Origin: Rhina ancylostomus
Taxonomy: Eukaryota
Direction: 5' to 3'
Length of the DNA stretch: 56,314 nucleotides
Assembly (NCBI GenBank): GCA_030265395.1
Contig: JARFYF010000055.1
Span: 25,418,388 to 25,474,701, forward strand
Shown here: positions 1 to 11,900 of the stretch, piece after piece
Layout of the letters: each line of letters begins with the position of its first letter
Numbering within the stretch: position 1 is the first letter of the stretch
Made by a program: the position numbers and the translations under genes
The notes under the pieces: generated by a model
Told to the model about the DNA's origin: nothing
Databases searched by the model: none
The model's input: only the letters and a program-made list of their open reading frames with translations

Positions 1-295
1 GAGGGCACAACCTCAGAATAGAAAGATGTTCCTTTAGAACAGACGTGAGAAGGAATTTCTTCAGCTAGAGTGTGTTGAATCTGTGGAATTCATTGCCACA
101 GATGGCTGAGGAGGCCGTCTTTGGGTTTTTTTCAAGTGGAGGTTGATAGGTTCTTGATTAGTAAGGACATTAAAGGTTATGAGAAGAAGGCCGGAAATGG
201 GGTTGAGAGGGAAAAATAAATCAGCCATGATTGAATGGCGGAGCAGGCTCGATGGGCTAAATGGCCTAATTCAGCTTCTATGTTCAATGGCCTTA
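1..295 (+). mobile_element. CR1 LINE 3' end, cut by the window edge
   Basis: End of ORF2 (RRNFFS.SVLNLWNSLP-like) followed by the typical elasmobranch CR1 3' UTR atcagccatgattgaatggcggagcaggctcgatgggctaaatggcctaat. Confidence 0.9.
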
Positions 296-3200
296 TGGCA
301 GATGCTTGCTGAAACTGTCCTTAGACACTGCAGCATGTTAGAGATGGTACAGATCCTGCTGACACCTCACTCAGTCCTGAGATAGTGTGACTCGCCTGCA
401 GCTAACCTGATGTATGTTCCTGAAAAAATCACTGGCCAAGAGCTCCAGGCCACAATCAATGAAGATCTGAGTGGTGCCAAGGCCTCAAGTGATGTAACTG
501 GGTCACAGGGAAGGGCCAGAGCAAGTCCCCACCTCCCCATGTACCTGCAGGAAAATCTTTACCCAGAGGCAAAGACAAGTTTTTTTAATGCTTCAGACTG
601 TCCTTAACATTCAGAAGCACTTGCAAAATGTTTTTAAAAAAGGAATAGCAATTCAAAAGTTCAGCTATTATCTATAAAGATCAAAAAAGAAATAAAATCA
701 CTGTCAACTTCTGAAAACATTACTGTGTACACAAATGGAATTCAGCTTCCATTCCTCACAGCTATAACATCTCCAGACAAATGCACATGGGCTCATAGTT
801 CTTTACCATCTCTAACATACCACAGAGTTGCAAAAAGCACTTGCCGAACCAGCTGGTACTTACAAAGGTAAATGCTGGTAATTCCATGTAGAACTGCCAT
901 CCAAACCTGGCAAAATCTGATCCGTAATGTTACTCGAAATATGCATTCTGCCTCCAATCTTTGATAACAATTCATTCTTTTAATGTTTAAATGGAACTAA
1001 AATAATTGCTTCTACTTTCTCTTACAATAGATCAATTATTTTTAAACCATTGTGTCCATTCAAGTTTGCTTTAATATTTGTTACATGATTCACTTGGACT
1101 AACATACCACATTTAATTTACAATTTAATAATGAAAGGACAGAGACAGTTCTATATATTAATTAACTGAGAACAACATGTTCAATCATAATTAAATGCAA
1201 TGTAATTACAAAGGTATTGGTGCAAATTAGTATTCTAATTACTTCTTTATTAATGCGTAATTGCTCTCTTATTCATGGGATTTAAAATCAAATGTTACCA
1301 GAATTCCTCTGGTTTTCTGCATTGTTTACAATAAAATTGAGCTGATGTTGTATTCAGATGACAACACTGAACTGACTGCAGGATTTGGAGGGACGGAAAG
1401 AAGGGAAAGTTCATAAAGCAATGTCATCTCATAAATCTTCCACACGTGTATCCGTATTTCTGCTGGGATTTACCCTAATTTCTGCACAGAAATCCCAGTT
1501 TCTCGTGCTGGAACAGACTTAAGCAGACAGCGGCAGCTTCCATTGCACTGAATATGCTGCCAACTGACCCTGCAGGGCACTACTGGACATCTCATCGAGT
1601 TTGATCGAACTGTACTAACATTTACAGATTTCCCAACACTCACGTGACCTACTGCCGGTTAAACCTAGTCCAAGAACAGTAATCTGATTTGAAGAAATAG
1701 TTACTGTGTGAGCAATGTGTGGATTCTTTGATCTGATTTAATTTAGGTAATTCAACTGGTTTTAATTGTTTTAATTGTGTGCAAGTGTTTTTATTCCAAT
1801 TTTAGTGTTATCTCTCTTCAATGGCGCTAAGGTATTTTTAAATGCAAAGGACATTCACAAATATTCAACATCAGTGGCAGTCAACAGGTCTTGGGGACAG
1901 GTAGAGAAGAGCGCACTGCCTGTCTCGAATGTCATTGGCCACTTAAGCTGGGAGAGACACCTTGTTGCACCTCACTGCTTTGGGCAACACAAGTGCACTG
2001 GGAAGGGGCCTCCCAGCAATAGATTGCACCTGAGACCACGCTGGATGAAGCAGTATGAACCACGGACAGGCAGTCAACAACCTCCAAGCAGCGGAATATC
2101 TAACCCGTAAAGCTCAGGATTCTAATGGAGAGCCAGTATCAACATCAAGGAGAACACTGATTCTTCATGTCCATTATTGGGTAAGACTATTTAAGTAAGG
2201 AATTATTTAGTAAGCTGAAGCCACTGCATTCCAAGTTTTTCTTTAAACATAGTCATACTGGCAACTAGGAAAAAGAGATCAAAGTGTTTATGTAACAAGG
2301 CAGCAAAAACAAAACCAGAGCTAGATGAAGTGGATGACACAAAATAAACTAAAAGTCAGAAACAACAAACAGCCCTTCTGCTCTGTACTTTAATTTTTTG
2401 GAACATTTGTTTCCAATTAAGTATGCCGATGCCAAAGGGAATTCCCATTAAAGACAACTGAAATCCTTTTCTCAAAGGTCAAGGATTTCCAAGTGTAAAA
2501 GCAGCTATTTTTCTTTAAATCTCTGAATGCCTTTCAAGTGAGGAGGGGATGAATTTAAACATCAGGCTGCACTCACTGCTGCCAGGAATGCTGCTGAACT
2601 GAAACTTCAGACAGGCTGAAGTTAGTCATACAAAACCAGGGCAACTTAACATCTTAGATCAGACTAAGTGAAACTATTGTTGCAATTGGATGTAGCTGCT
2701 TCATGAATTTTGGATCCAGTCTTCCTTGTTTGTGACCCTTGTGATTTTCTTGCTGGGAATTAAGATACCTCACACTACAGTCAGTGACGCATCTTAGTGA
2801 ATTTTCCTTCCCTGCTGACAAGATAAACTCTGCCTTTCCCAGTTCTGCCACTTCCTCTGAGGGATTTAGATCTCCCAGATCACAGATCTGCAACCTCAGG
2901 TGCGAACTTTCACCCTGACTGAAGAGCAAACTGTCATCACGTTACAAATCTCTAGATGGTGACCTGCCCCTCCAGTCCACCTGCGTGCAATCAGCTACTC
3001 CACCAGAAGCCGAAAGATATTCCCCATGTCTCTTTTCATTGTGGTCTCGCAGCTGATGGAATCACTGGCTGGTGTTAGAATGGAATCACTACTCAATCAT
3101 AGGCACTTATTGAGTCAGGTATGCTTTCTTTGCTAAGCCTTCTGTTTCCTAGCATTTCAAATCAGCCGTGGATTTCTCCAGTCCAAACAGAAATGGTTTC

Positions 3201-3785
3201 ATCATTGACATTTCTGTCTGGAGCTTCAAAGTCCCAAAGATATCTCACGCATTTCAGCCATCGGTATTCAACTTGTAGCTGATGTCATCTGCAGTAATAA
3301 TCCATCACTGAGCATGGATGACACCAGACGACACTACCAATTAAACAACATGAAAAAGGATTGCAAAGTGCACAATTAAATCTGAATGGAGCAAACCACT
3401 TGAACCACAGCTTGCTATTTTCACCCTCTAACATGGGAATGATCACAACAAGCGTGGCTTCCAAACAGTCCACTCAAATATCAGCTAAACCACAAAACTA
3501 CATTTGTCTATTAAAAGAGCCCAGAAGTTTGATTCCATCAGTATCCTCCACATCAAATTTTAATTGCACNNNNNNNNNNNNNNNNNNNNNNNNNNNNNNN
3601 NNNNNNNNNNNNNNNNNNNNNNNNNNNNNNNNNNNNNNNNNNNNNNNNNNNNNNNNNNNNNNNNNNNNNGCACTTGCTCAGCCAGATTTCAACATTTCCC
3701 TGTGAATTCTAGAGAAGCTGAGTGGAGCCTCTTGGAGGAGAAGAATTCATGCTTATGGTAATACAGGAGGTGCTTTAACTGAAGT

Positions 3786-4166
3786 TAGACCACAAGATAC
3801 AGGAGTAGAATTAGGCGGTTCGGCCCAATGTGTCTGCTCCGCCATGCAATCATGGCTTTTGTTTCAACCCCATTCTCCCACCTTCTCCTGTAAATCTTAA
3901 CCCATTTACCAGTCAAGAACCTATCAATCTTTGTCTTAAATGCATGCAATGACTTGGCCTCCACAGCCCTCTGTTTCAATTAATTCCACAGATTCACCAC
4001 CTATTTGGCTGCATTAATTCCTCCTCATTTCAGTTTTAAAGGGACATCCCTTTATTCGGAGGCTGTGCCCTTGGATCCTAGACTCTCCTACTGATGGAAA
4101 CAACCTCTCTACATCCACTTTATTCAGGCCTTTCAGTTTGCAGTAGATTTCAATGAGTTCCCCTTC
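3786..4166 (-). mobile_element. CR1 LINE 3' fragment
   Basis: Reverse complement of the tail at 1-295. ORF 3785..3979(-) AVEAKSLHAFKTKIDRFL is the CR1 ORF2 C-terminus. Confidence 0.9.
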
Positions 4167-4269
4167 TCAAAAAAAAAGTCAAGCAAGCCTCTCTCATGGC
4201 TGCTCACCGCACTGAAGCACAAACTGCCAATACGCCTGCACCAGAATTTAGAGTGAGTTGTTGACTCAG

Positions 4270-4592
4270 CGGGATAAATATAGAGAAACTAATTCCTCTG
4301 GTGAGTGTCATCAGAAAGAAAAGACCACAATCTAAAAATTAGATTTGCTTGGAGTGAAATTAGATTGCACATCTTGACATAAATGGTAGGGAAAATCCTG
4401 AACTCGTTCTTTAAAACGAAGCTTGGGAGATGCTGGGGGTCAAATAAACTTTTCCATTCTGATCTTGATATACTTTTGCTGCCTCAAGGGATATGAAGCA
4501 AAATCAAGTAAAAGGAGTTGATGTCCAAGGCAGCTGTGATCTGATTCAATGCAAGATTCAGCTGAAGGTGAATGACCTGTTTCTGTGTCTAT
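4270..4592 (+). mobile_element. Old CR1 LINE 3' fragment
   Basis: Degenerate 'EKLIPL..HNLKI' ORF2 end and a tail-like segment (gatctgattcaatg...gaatgacctgtttctg). Confidence 0.6.
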
Positions 4593-4704
4593 TTAATCAA
4601 TTACAGAGACCCTGCACCCAAAACAAATAAAGAAATCCAAAGCAAGTAAACTTTGTTTTAAGTACTTTATTTCCTCTGCCCACAACACCTTATTATTTAA
4701 TACA

Positions 4705-5032
4705 TTGATTCATGGGATGTTTGGAGTTATAAAGCCAGCATTTAGAGTACATCCCTAACTGCCTCTGAAATAAGGGACTTGTTCAGCCATTTCAAAAGGC
4801 AGTCACAAACAGGCCAGGCTGAATAAAGTTAGTGGATTTCCTTCTCTCAAGGACATTAATGAAGCAAATAGGGTTTTGTGCTTTCCAGTGATTGTATGGT
4901 TACCATTCAACATAAATAGATGCTGAATTCTATATGTATGTAACTATTTGAATGCAAATTCTCCAGCTGTTGTGGTGGGCTTCCAGTTAGATTAATAGGA
5001 TGCTAATTCTGAAACTTAACACCCTGCTCCCA
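4705..5032 (-). mobile_element. tRNA-derived SINE, same family as 18190-19340
   Basis: ggatttccttctctcaaggacattaatgaagcaaataggg is the reverse complement of the core at 18375-18415. The tail gccagcatttagagtacatccctaactgcc matches the LINE tails at ~45290 and 50150-50200. Confidence 0.7.
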
Positions 5033-5050
5033 TGTCCTAGGTATTGTTTT

Positions 5051-5220
5051 GGAGGAAGGCAGTCAAGGAAGACCCTGGCAACGACTTCCACCATAGATAC
5101 CATAATTAGAACTGTGTCCTTTCTTGAAAATGGTCTTAAATTTCATTATCCCTGAGATCTCCTGCCATGTTTACCTCTTCCAAGATGTAGGAATGAGGTC
5201 ATAAGTTTGTGACTGAAGAG
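5051..5220 (-). mobile_element. RTE-clade LINE fragment (inverted segment)
   Basis: Frameshifted minus-strand translation: LQSQTYDLIPTSWKR / GDLRD..TIFKKG.SSNY / EVVARVFLDCLPP. This is the N-terminal RT region of RTE elements. Confidence 0.75.
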
Positions 5221-5240
5221 TTATAAAACTTGAAGAAAAA

Positions 5241-5842
5241 TACCGCCTGCTCCTGAGGCCATGCATACAGTTGTTGCAGTGCACTTCCATTTATCTAGAG
5301 GCACAATGGACATGACCTTCACGGCGCATCAATTCGAATGGAAATGCAGGTAGGAACATCAATTGTTATCCATGGCCTGCACTGACTTCACAAAAACCTT
5401 TGACTCCATATATCAGAGGGGCCGAGGAACAGCCTTCTCTAATTTGGATACCTGCCAACATTTATCTCCCTTTTACATATGCTATATGATGGCAAGTGAG
5501 TCATGACCTTAACTAATGTGTCCACAACATACCCAATCTCAGTATAGACTGGTGTCAGGAAAGGCTGTGTCATCAACCCAAGACCTTGCTCAACCTTTCT
5601 CACTGCACCTCACTTTCAATATGTTAAATATCGAACAAAAGGGAAATTGTTCAACCTCCACTCCAAAACTGGCATCCACCCAATGTCAGTTAAAGATATG
5701 TAATATGCACACAATATTTGGTAATGTGCACACTCAGAGAGTGAACTCCATGTATCGCCAATACATTCACTGAAGTGCATGAGAAAATGTACCTTACATT
5801 TCACACTTGCATAACAAAGGCTCTCCACCCACCCACCCCGAC
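5241..5842 (+). mobile_element. RTE-clade LINE RT fragment, runs into gap
   Basis: RGTMDMTFTAHQ..KCR..DFTKTFDS, TGVRKGCVI, RTKGKLFNL and FTEVHEKMYL: decayed RTE RT motifs in the expected order. Confidence 0.85.
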
Positions 5843-6013
5843 NNNNNNNNNNNNNNNNNNNNNNNNNNNNNNNNNNNNNNNNNNNNNNNNNNNNNNNNNN
5901 NNNNNNNNNNNNNNNNNNNNNNNNNNNNNNNNNNNNNNNNNNNNNNNNNNNNNNNNNNNNNNNNNNNNNNNNNNNNNNNNNNNNNNNNNNNNNNNNNNNN
6001 NNNNNNNNNNNNN

Positions 6014-6355
6014 TTCAAGTGTTCATCTAAATGATTATTGAATATTGTGAGAGTACCTGTCTCCACCAACCCCTCAGGCAGTGAGTTCTAGGTGTCAACT
6101 GCTCTCTGGGAGATATATTTCTTCCCCAAATCCCCTCTGAATCTCCTACCTTGTACCATAAACCTATGCCCCTTTTGTCATCAATACTTCTGCTAAAGGA
6201 AAAAGTTTCTCACTATCTACCTTAATGCTGTCATCATAATTTTATATTTTAATCAGGTCACTCTTCAACCCTCTCCACTCCGAAGAAAACAAATCCTCAC
6301 AGATGAAATACTACATCTCAGACAACATCCTGGAGAACCCCTGATGCACTCCGTA
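6014..6355 (-). mobile_element. CR1 LINE 3' fragment
   Basis: VETGTLTIFNNHLDEHL (ORF 5794..6069-) and the upstream segment match the CR1 ORF2 C-terminus. Confidence 0.8.
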
Positions 6356-6379
6356 ATTTCTGTCAACATCAACATGATG

Positions 6380-6760
6380 CCACCATGAGATACAACTTCC
6401 TCTTCCCTTCTCTATCAATATTTCAAGGGAATCGTTCCCTTCACAACACTGGTTAATTTTCCCAGGTCCATCAACACCCACCACCCTTCCCACGTCACAA
6501 TGCCCTTTACACCTCTTCCCTTCTCCACTGTCTGGGGATGCAAACACTTCTCCTCACCGAAGCACTAATTCACTTTTGCCTTTTCCTTAAAACATGTTTG
6601 ATTTCAATCTTTTTTTCCTCAGTTCTGATGAAAGATAATCAACCTGAGATGTTGATTCCGTTTCCCTATTCATAGATGTTGTCTGACCTGGTAAATATTT
6701 GCAGCTTTTCTGTTCTTATTTCAGAGTTCCTGAAACTGCAGGTTTATTTTTAGATTCTGA
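6380..6760 (+). mobile_element. Penelope-like element remnant (RT-endonuclease linker plus pseudo-LTR)
   Basis: The PLPFS.FQGNRSLH-like segment resembles the PLE linker. The terminal part ctgatgaaag...cctgagatgttga...atagatgttgtctgacctg...ttcagagttcc matches the pLTR copies at 17958 and 30465. Confidence 0.7.
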
Positions 6761-6819
6761 TCAAGCATAAAATTTAGTTGAAACCACATTTCATTTGAGG
6801 TCTGTATAAGCAGGCATTA

Positions 6820-6972
<153 letters not shown>

Positions 6973-7931
6973 TCAAGGGAAAGTGTACATGCCTTTGCAT
7001 CTGTGGGGGACAGCTGCTTGTTGCAACCATCTGGCATTCAAAAGCTGGAAACTATTGCATTATCTTCACATCACAAAAAAGGATCTTACTCCAAACAACC
7101 TCATTAAGTCAGATACAACATTTTGTGCAATTAAACATTATTTTCACAATTACTGGGGATGCATTATTCTGATAGCTCCTGTGAAATCCCAACTGTGCTA
7201 TTTTGTTAATTAGAGTTGAATATTAATTTTAAAACATCCCAGTGGAATTTGAGCAGTTTTTTGCCCTCATTTTTGTCAAAAGTATGGTGCCTTCAGGATA
7301 AGAAAGCAACCGAAGAGATGTGCAGGGAGTTGGCAGCTCGAACACAAAGCAGAGTTGGCAAGACTGAGATGATTAATAGTGTGAAAACCTCTTCACTCTG
7401 TACAGTCTTTCAGCAAAGATAAACTTTTCTATCTCAGCTGTCCTCCCAACAATTTATCCAAAAAAGTAATAATTTGGCAAGGACATTAATTATTATTTCA
7501 GCTGCTGGGAGCACAATAGTGGGATATTTTCATGATTTTGATCAGTTCCCACAGCGTCATTTGTCCTTGCAGTCACAAATAAGGACAGATTTACAGAGAC
7601 CAAACCAGGGTTGTTTGGAATGATCACCAGTTTGATTCATAGGCACTCGAGTAAATAACTGCAGGAGAAGCATATTTATAATTTTTGAGTTAATTCATTG
7701 CATCCTATTGACCAATATTAATGTCACTAATGCCGTTCCCACTCGTCATTAATGCCACACATATCTTCCTGTAATACTTGCCCCATAACGCTTCAGAGAA
7801 CAGAGAAAACCTGCAGCACAGTTCAGGCCCTNNNNNNNNNNNNNNNNNNNNNNNNNNNNNNNNNNNNNNNNNNNNNNNNNNNNNNNNNNNNNNNNNNNNN
7901 NNNNNNNNNNNNNNNNNNNNNNNNNNNNNNN

Positions 7932-7968
7932 ATCATTAAGGACCCTCACCATCCAGGACATGCCCTCT
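7932..7968 (+). mobile_element. Rex1/Babar LINE fragment
   Basis: Encodes IIKDPHHPGHAL, homologous to IIKDTTHPGYS in the copy at 32970-33648. Confidence 0.7.
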
Positions 7969-8147
7969 TAGAAACATAGAAAACCTACAGCACAGTTCAG
8001 GCCCTTCAGCCCACAAAGCTGTGCCGAACATGTCCCTACCTTAGAAATTACTAGGCTTACCCATAGGCCTCTATTTTTCTCAGCTCCATAAACCTATCCA
8101 AAAGTTTCTTAAAAGACCCTATCGTATCCACTTCCACCACTGTTGCC
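7969..8147 (-). mobile_element. 5'-truncated CR1 3' end
   Basis: Tail tagaaacatagaaaacctacagcacagttcaggcccttcagcccac, similar to the copy at 35975. Confidence 0.85.
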
Positions 8148-8439
8148 AGATGAAATAATAATTAATGTCCTTGCCAAATTATTTTTTTTCGGATAAGTTG
8201 TTGGGAGGACAGCTGAGATAGAAAAGTTTGTCTTTGCTGAGAGACTGTACAGAGTGAAGAGGTTTTCACACTATTAATCATCTCAGTCTTGCCAACTCTG
8301 CTTTGTTGAAAAAAAGCTCAGCCTTCAACTTTCTGCAAGGTATATCATTCAATTTCCTTGTCATTTAACTTTCTGAAAGATCAATTATAGTTATGAAAAA
8401 AAGTTTAATTCCTCTTTGCTTTCACACTTGATTACTATT

Positions 8440-8675
8440 TACAATAAGATGGACTGTTCACCTCACAAGCTACCTCATTATGAGCTTGCACCTGACTGTT
8501 TACCTGCTGTGCACATTCTCTGTAACTGTTATACTTTATTCTGCATTCTGTTATTGTTTTACTCTGAACTACCTCATTGCACTGTTGTAATGAATTGATC
8601 TGTATGAACGGTATGCAAGACAAGCTTTTCACTTTACCTTGGTACAAGACAATAATAAACCAATTTACCAATTTA
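8440..8675 (+). mobile_element. Rex1/Babar LINE 3' UTR
   Basis: Colinear with 33430-33648, ending aataataaaccaatttaccaattt. Confidence 0.85.
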
Positions 8676-10559
8676 ACCAGTCACCATCTTATGGTGACTG
8701 CTTGTTGCAAACCAAAAAAAAAGCAATAGAATAGTAAAGGACCTGGACAAACCTTTTAGGTCTCTGTCACCTCTGTGACCCAATTCAGACAGAAGAAATA
8801 GAGACCTTCAATCTCTGCTAGCTGTCAGGCATCAGTAGTGGAATGACTTATGGCAGTCTCAATCTTGATCTGACAGAACTTGAATTTTGACTGCTGAACT
8901 GCCCACAATGCACCATTGATGGACATCAACTTATCCAATCTTCTTCTGACAAGCAACAAAAATCAGAAGTGAAGAGAATTAAAAAGCTGCCCAGAACCAA
9001 AGCTGACAAAATATTTTTTAGGCACTTGCAAGTTTGATGGCATAATGGTATAAATGCTGGTTTAGTTTATTGGCTACAGAAGGGAAAATAACATCATTTG
9101 CTCATCGTTGTGATTAGCTCAAATAGAAAAGTTGCCAGCTTTGGATCTGGGCAATTTTTGAAATTCTCTTCAATTTTGATTTTGTTGCTTGTCACAAGAA
9201 GATTGGAGAAGGTGGTGTTAATCAGTCATACATTTTGGGCAGTTCATCAATAGGAATTCAAATACAACTTAGGTTAATTAAAAAGTTCACAGCCAACACG
9301 GGTAAGAACATTCTTTCTGAAGACCAAAATAGTTAAAACAGAAAACTGGAAATAAATCAATAAATTCCAAACCTTCCTCTCCCTGCATATAAAGTAGATG
9401 GTCTACTTTCTCCTTTGGAGTATTTGGATTCCAGTTTATAACTGGCATTTTAAAATGTAGGAGAGTGACTGATCTAATTTGCTAGTCCCTGTGCCTCCTG
9501 ATCTAATATCAGGAAATAATCAGACCAGGAACTAAAGGGAAGCAATGACTTGATTATAATAAGTCCATACCAGACTAAATATGCCATGTACATGCTGCAC
9601 TGATGATAATCGGGGTCAGTGTATCACCCTGGACCAAATGCAATCATTTAAGGAAACCAAAGATATATTTTCCAGATTTTCTACGTCCATAATGGTTTCT
9701 TTTGTTGTCTCACCAAGGAAATCACACTATTTTGGATAGTTTAGGAAGTATACATAAAGTGTGTGCATCAAGTACAAGGTGATATCCAAAACATAGAATT
9801 TAATATAAGTGTGCAGAAAGAATTGCAGGAAAGTTATAACACTTACTTTATCCCCAAATGTTATAACTCACTTAGATTGTGAAACTCATACACACGATGT
9901 TGTGGTTATTGTTCATTGACAATAGTCACTTCACGTGTTTGTCTACAGTTTTCAAATCATATTCACTCAAATACTGCCACTGAGATGTGAAGTAAAATTG
10001 TCAGCTGGGGGAGTGGGGATGCAAATAACAATTTATTTACGTAAAGTAGATTTATTTTTGATCACAGTAGCTCAGTTGTGAGCTATATGACTTCTGTTCC
10101 AGAGCTGTATGCTAAGTCAAAATGTTAGCCCATAGCACAGGTTGTGACTGAAGAAGGAAACATCCTTCAGATGAGATGTTAAACTGAGGATGTTGTTTTG
10201 GATTAGGGTGATCCCATTACACTGTTCAAACAGAAGCACATTCTTTTCAAATGAAGGAAACCAACATGAATAAAACAGCCATACTTCCATAATACTGCTC
10301 TTGCAAAGTTCAATCATAGCATACACTGGCATGTTTGTAACTGTTCCAGCTGGCAGACAGATATTGAATGAATTAACTTTCTCTGAAACCATGATTAATC
10401 TGGGCTAAAATCTGTATGCATTCTGTCTACCCTGATTAATACTTGGGCTCGTTTTCACAACTATTGGCCACCCATTTCTCTCCAGAAACCCAGGCAGGAA
10501 TGAAATAATCCATGATTGTAATATTTGGGCATTATCTCTCCTTGTCCCCTGAGATCTGT

Positions 10560-11440
10560 TGACCGTCTTTGACAGCCAACCTCACCAGTCTTGTCGAAAA
10601 CCTCTCCTCCATTGCCCACCTTAATGAATGGACCCTTTGTTGGCTTCACCCTTATCAATCCAATCTGATTATCTTCAGTGCTGTCTTTTTCTCCCCTGGA
10701 CCTGTGTTATCTCTAGGATTATCTGTGTTACCTTTTATGGAAGATCCCCCATTCATTTAAATGATGGTGAAATTTAAACCATGATCCTTGGCCCTGGACA
10801 CCAATGCAATGAATTTCATCCACCTGCTCTGTCTGCCATTGTAGGTTCAATTAAAATGTCTGCAATCAAATCTTCCGAGTTGACGCTGCACTGAACCTCT
10901 GTAATTACATCCAAGAAAGAAGTGCTTATTTCTATTACAATATCACCATTAACTCAAGCTTGATGTTGAGACACCCACCCCTGCCTTTTTTCAACTCCAA
11001 AGTGACCATTTCAACAGTAATCTGGCTGGCTTCCCATTCTCCAAATCTCTATTAACTTATTGTCAGGCAAAGCTTTGTAGCCCATATTCATTTGCTCACG
11101 CTTAAACTCACTTATTAATGTATAAGGCTTCCTTATTTCCCAATGCCTTTTATTCAAATACCTTCCTCTCATCAAAATTGGACTCAAGCCTCTTGTGCAA
11201 CCATTCACTCGCTGGGCCTCAGCATAAGGTGCTCTGCTTTCTGCCAATGAGCTCCCACGCACTCGAATTTCCTCTCTGCATCCAACATTCTTCTTTAAAT
11301 CCCTTATTAAAATACAACACTTTCACCAAAATTTGGAACATCATGAATACATCCTTCTTTCGCTCTGTATCCATTTTCTCTGACTCCACCACCATGAATT
11401 ACAAGTTTTTTTTTCACCACTTAAAAGGTATGTACTGAAT
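10560..11440 (+). mobile_element. Highly decayed L2 LINE (RT to 3' end)
   Basis: Pyrimidine-rich plus strand with L2-like pieces (TLCWLHPY, LAGFP) and an L2-like end (ttaaaaggtatgtactgaat). Confidence 0.45.
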
Positions 11441-11689
11441 TAAGAAGCATTTTGGAAACATACCAAGTTCAGAGGTGGGAATGACAGCAATTCCAACAAC
11501 CAGTTGTGCTCAAGGTTCTGACATCAGACTGAAAACATTCTCCCTATCCCAAAGGAATCTCCAGCACCTTAACTGGTGGATCAGAGACCACGCACAATCG
11601 ATTCACCATGAACCTACCATGATTTTTGCAAAGTACCTTTCAGAGTACATTTGGTCCAATTTGCCTAAACTGAAGCTTACATTCCACAG

Positions 11690-11900
11690 ACATTTCCTCC
11701 TCCTCTCTTCACCAATGTATCCTCCTGTTCAGTTCTCCTTCTTGTGCTCATTTGATTCCCCTTGACTGCATTGATGTGATTCACCCCAACTACCTCTGAC
11801 AGTAATATGTTCCACATTCTAACCAAAGACAGGTTTAAGAGGTTTCTTCTCATTTCCCTATTGGATTTATTGGCAACTGTTATATTTTTTTACTTTACAG
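11690..11900 (-). mobile_element. Old CR1 3' fragment
   Basis: ccaactacctctgacagtaatatgttccacattctaacc...gtttcttctcatttccctattggattt resembles the antisense CR1 ORF2 end. Confidence 0.5.

Larger units (their letters stand above)
7344..8306. repeat. Inverted repeat, arms 7344-7500 and 8151-8306 (~157 bp, ~95% identical)
   Basis: Direct comparison: 8151-8306 is the reverse complement of 7344-7500 apart from a few substitutions and one small indel in a T-run. Confidence 0.95.

Noticed and set aside
1463-1498. Short inverted repeat CTGGGATTT/AAATCCCAG
   Set aside because: A 9-bp stem is expected by chance in 56 kb.
2654-3340. Coding-like minus-strand segment including the 91-aa ORF
   Set aside because: It has stops in all frames, no clean splice pair and no recognisable domain. 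It may be an unidentified old TE.
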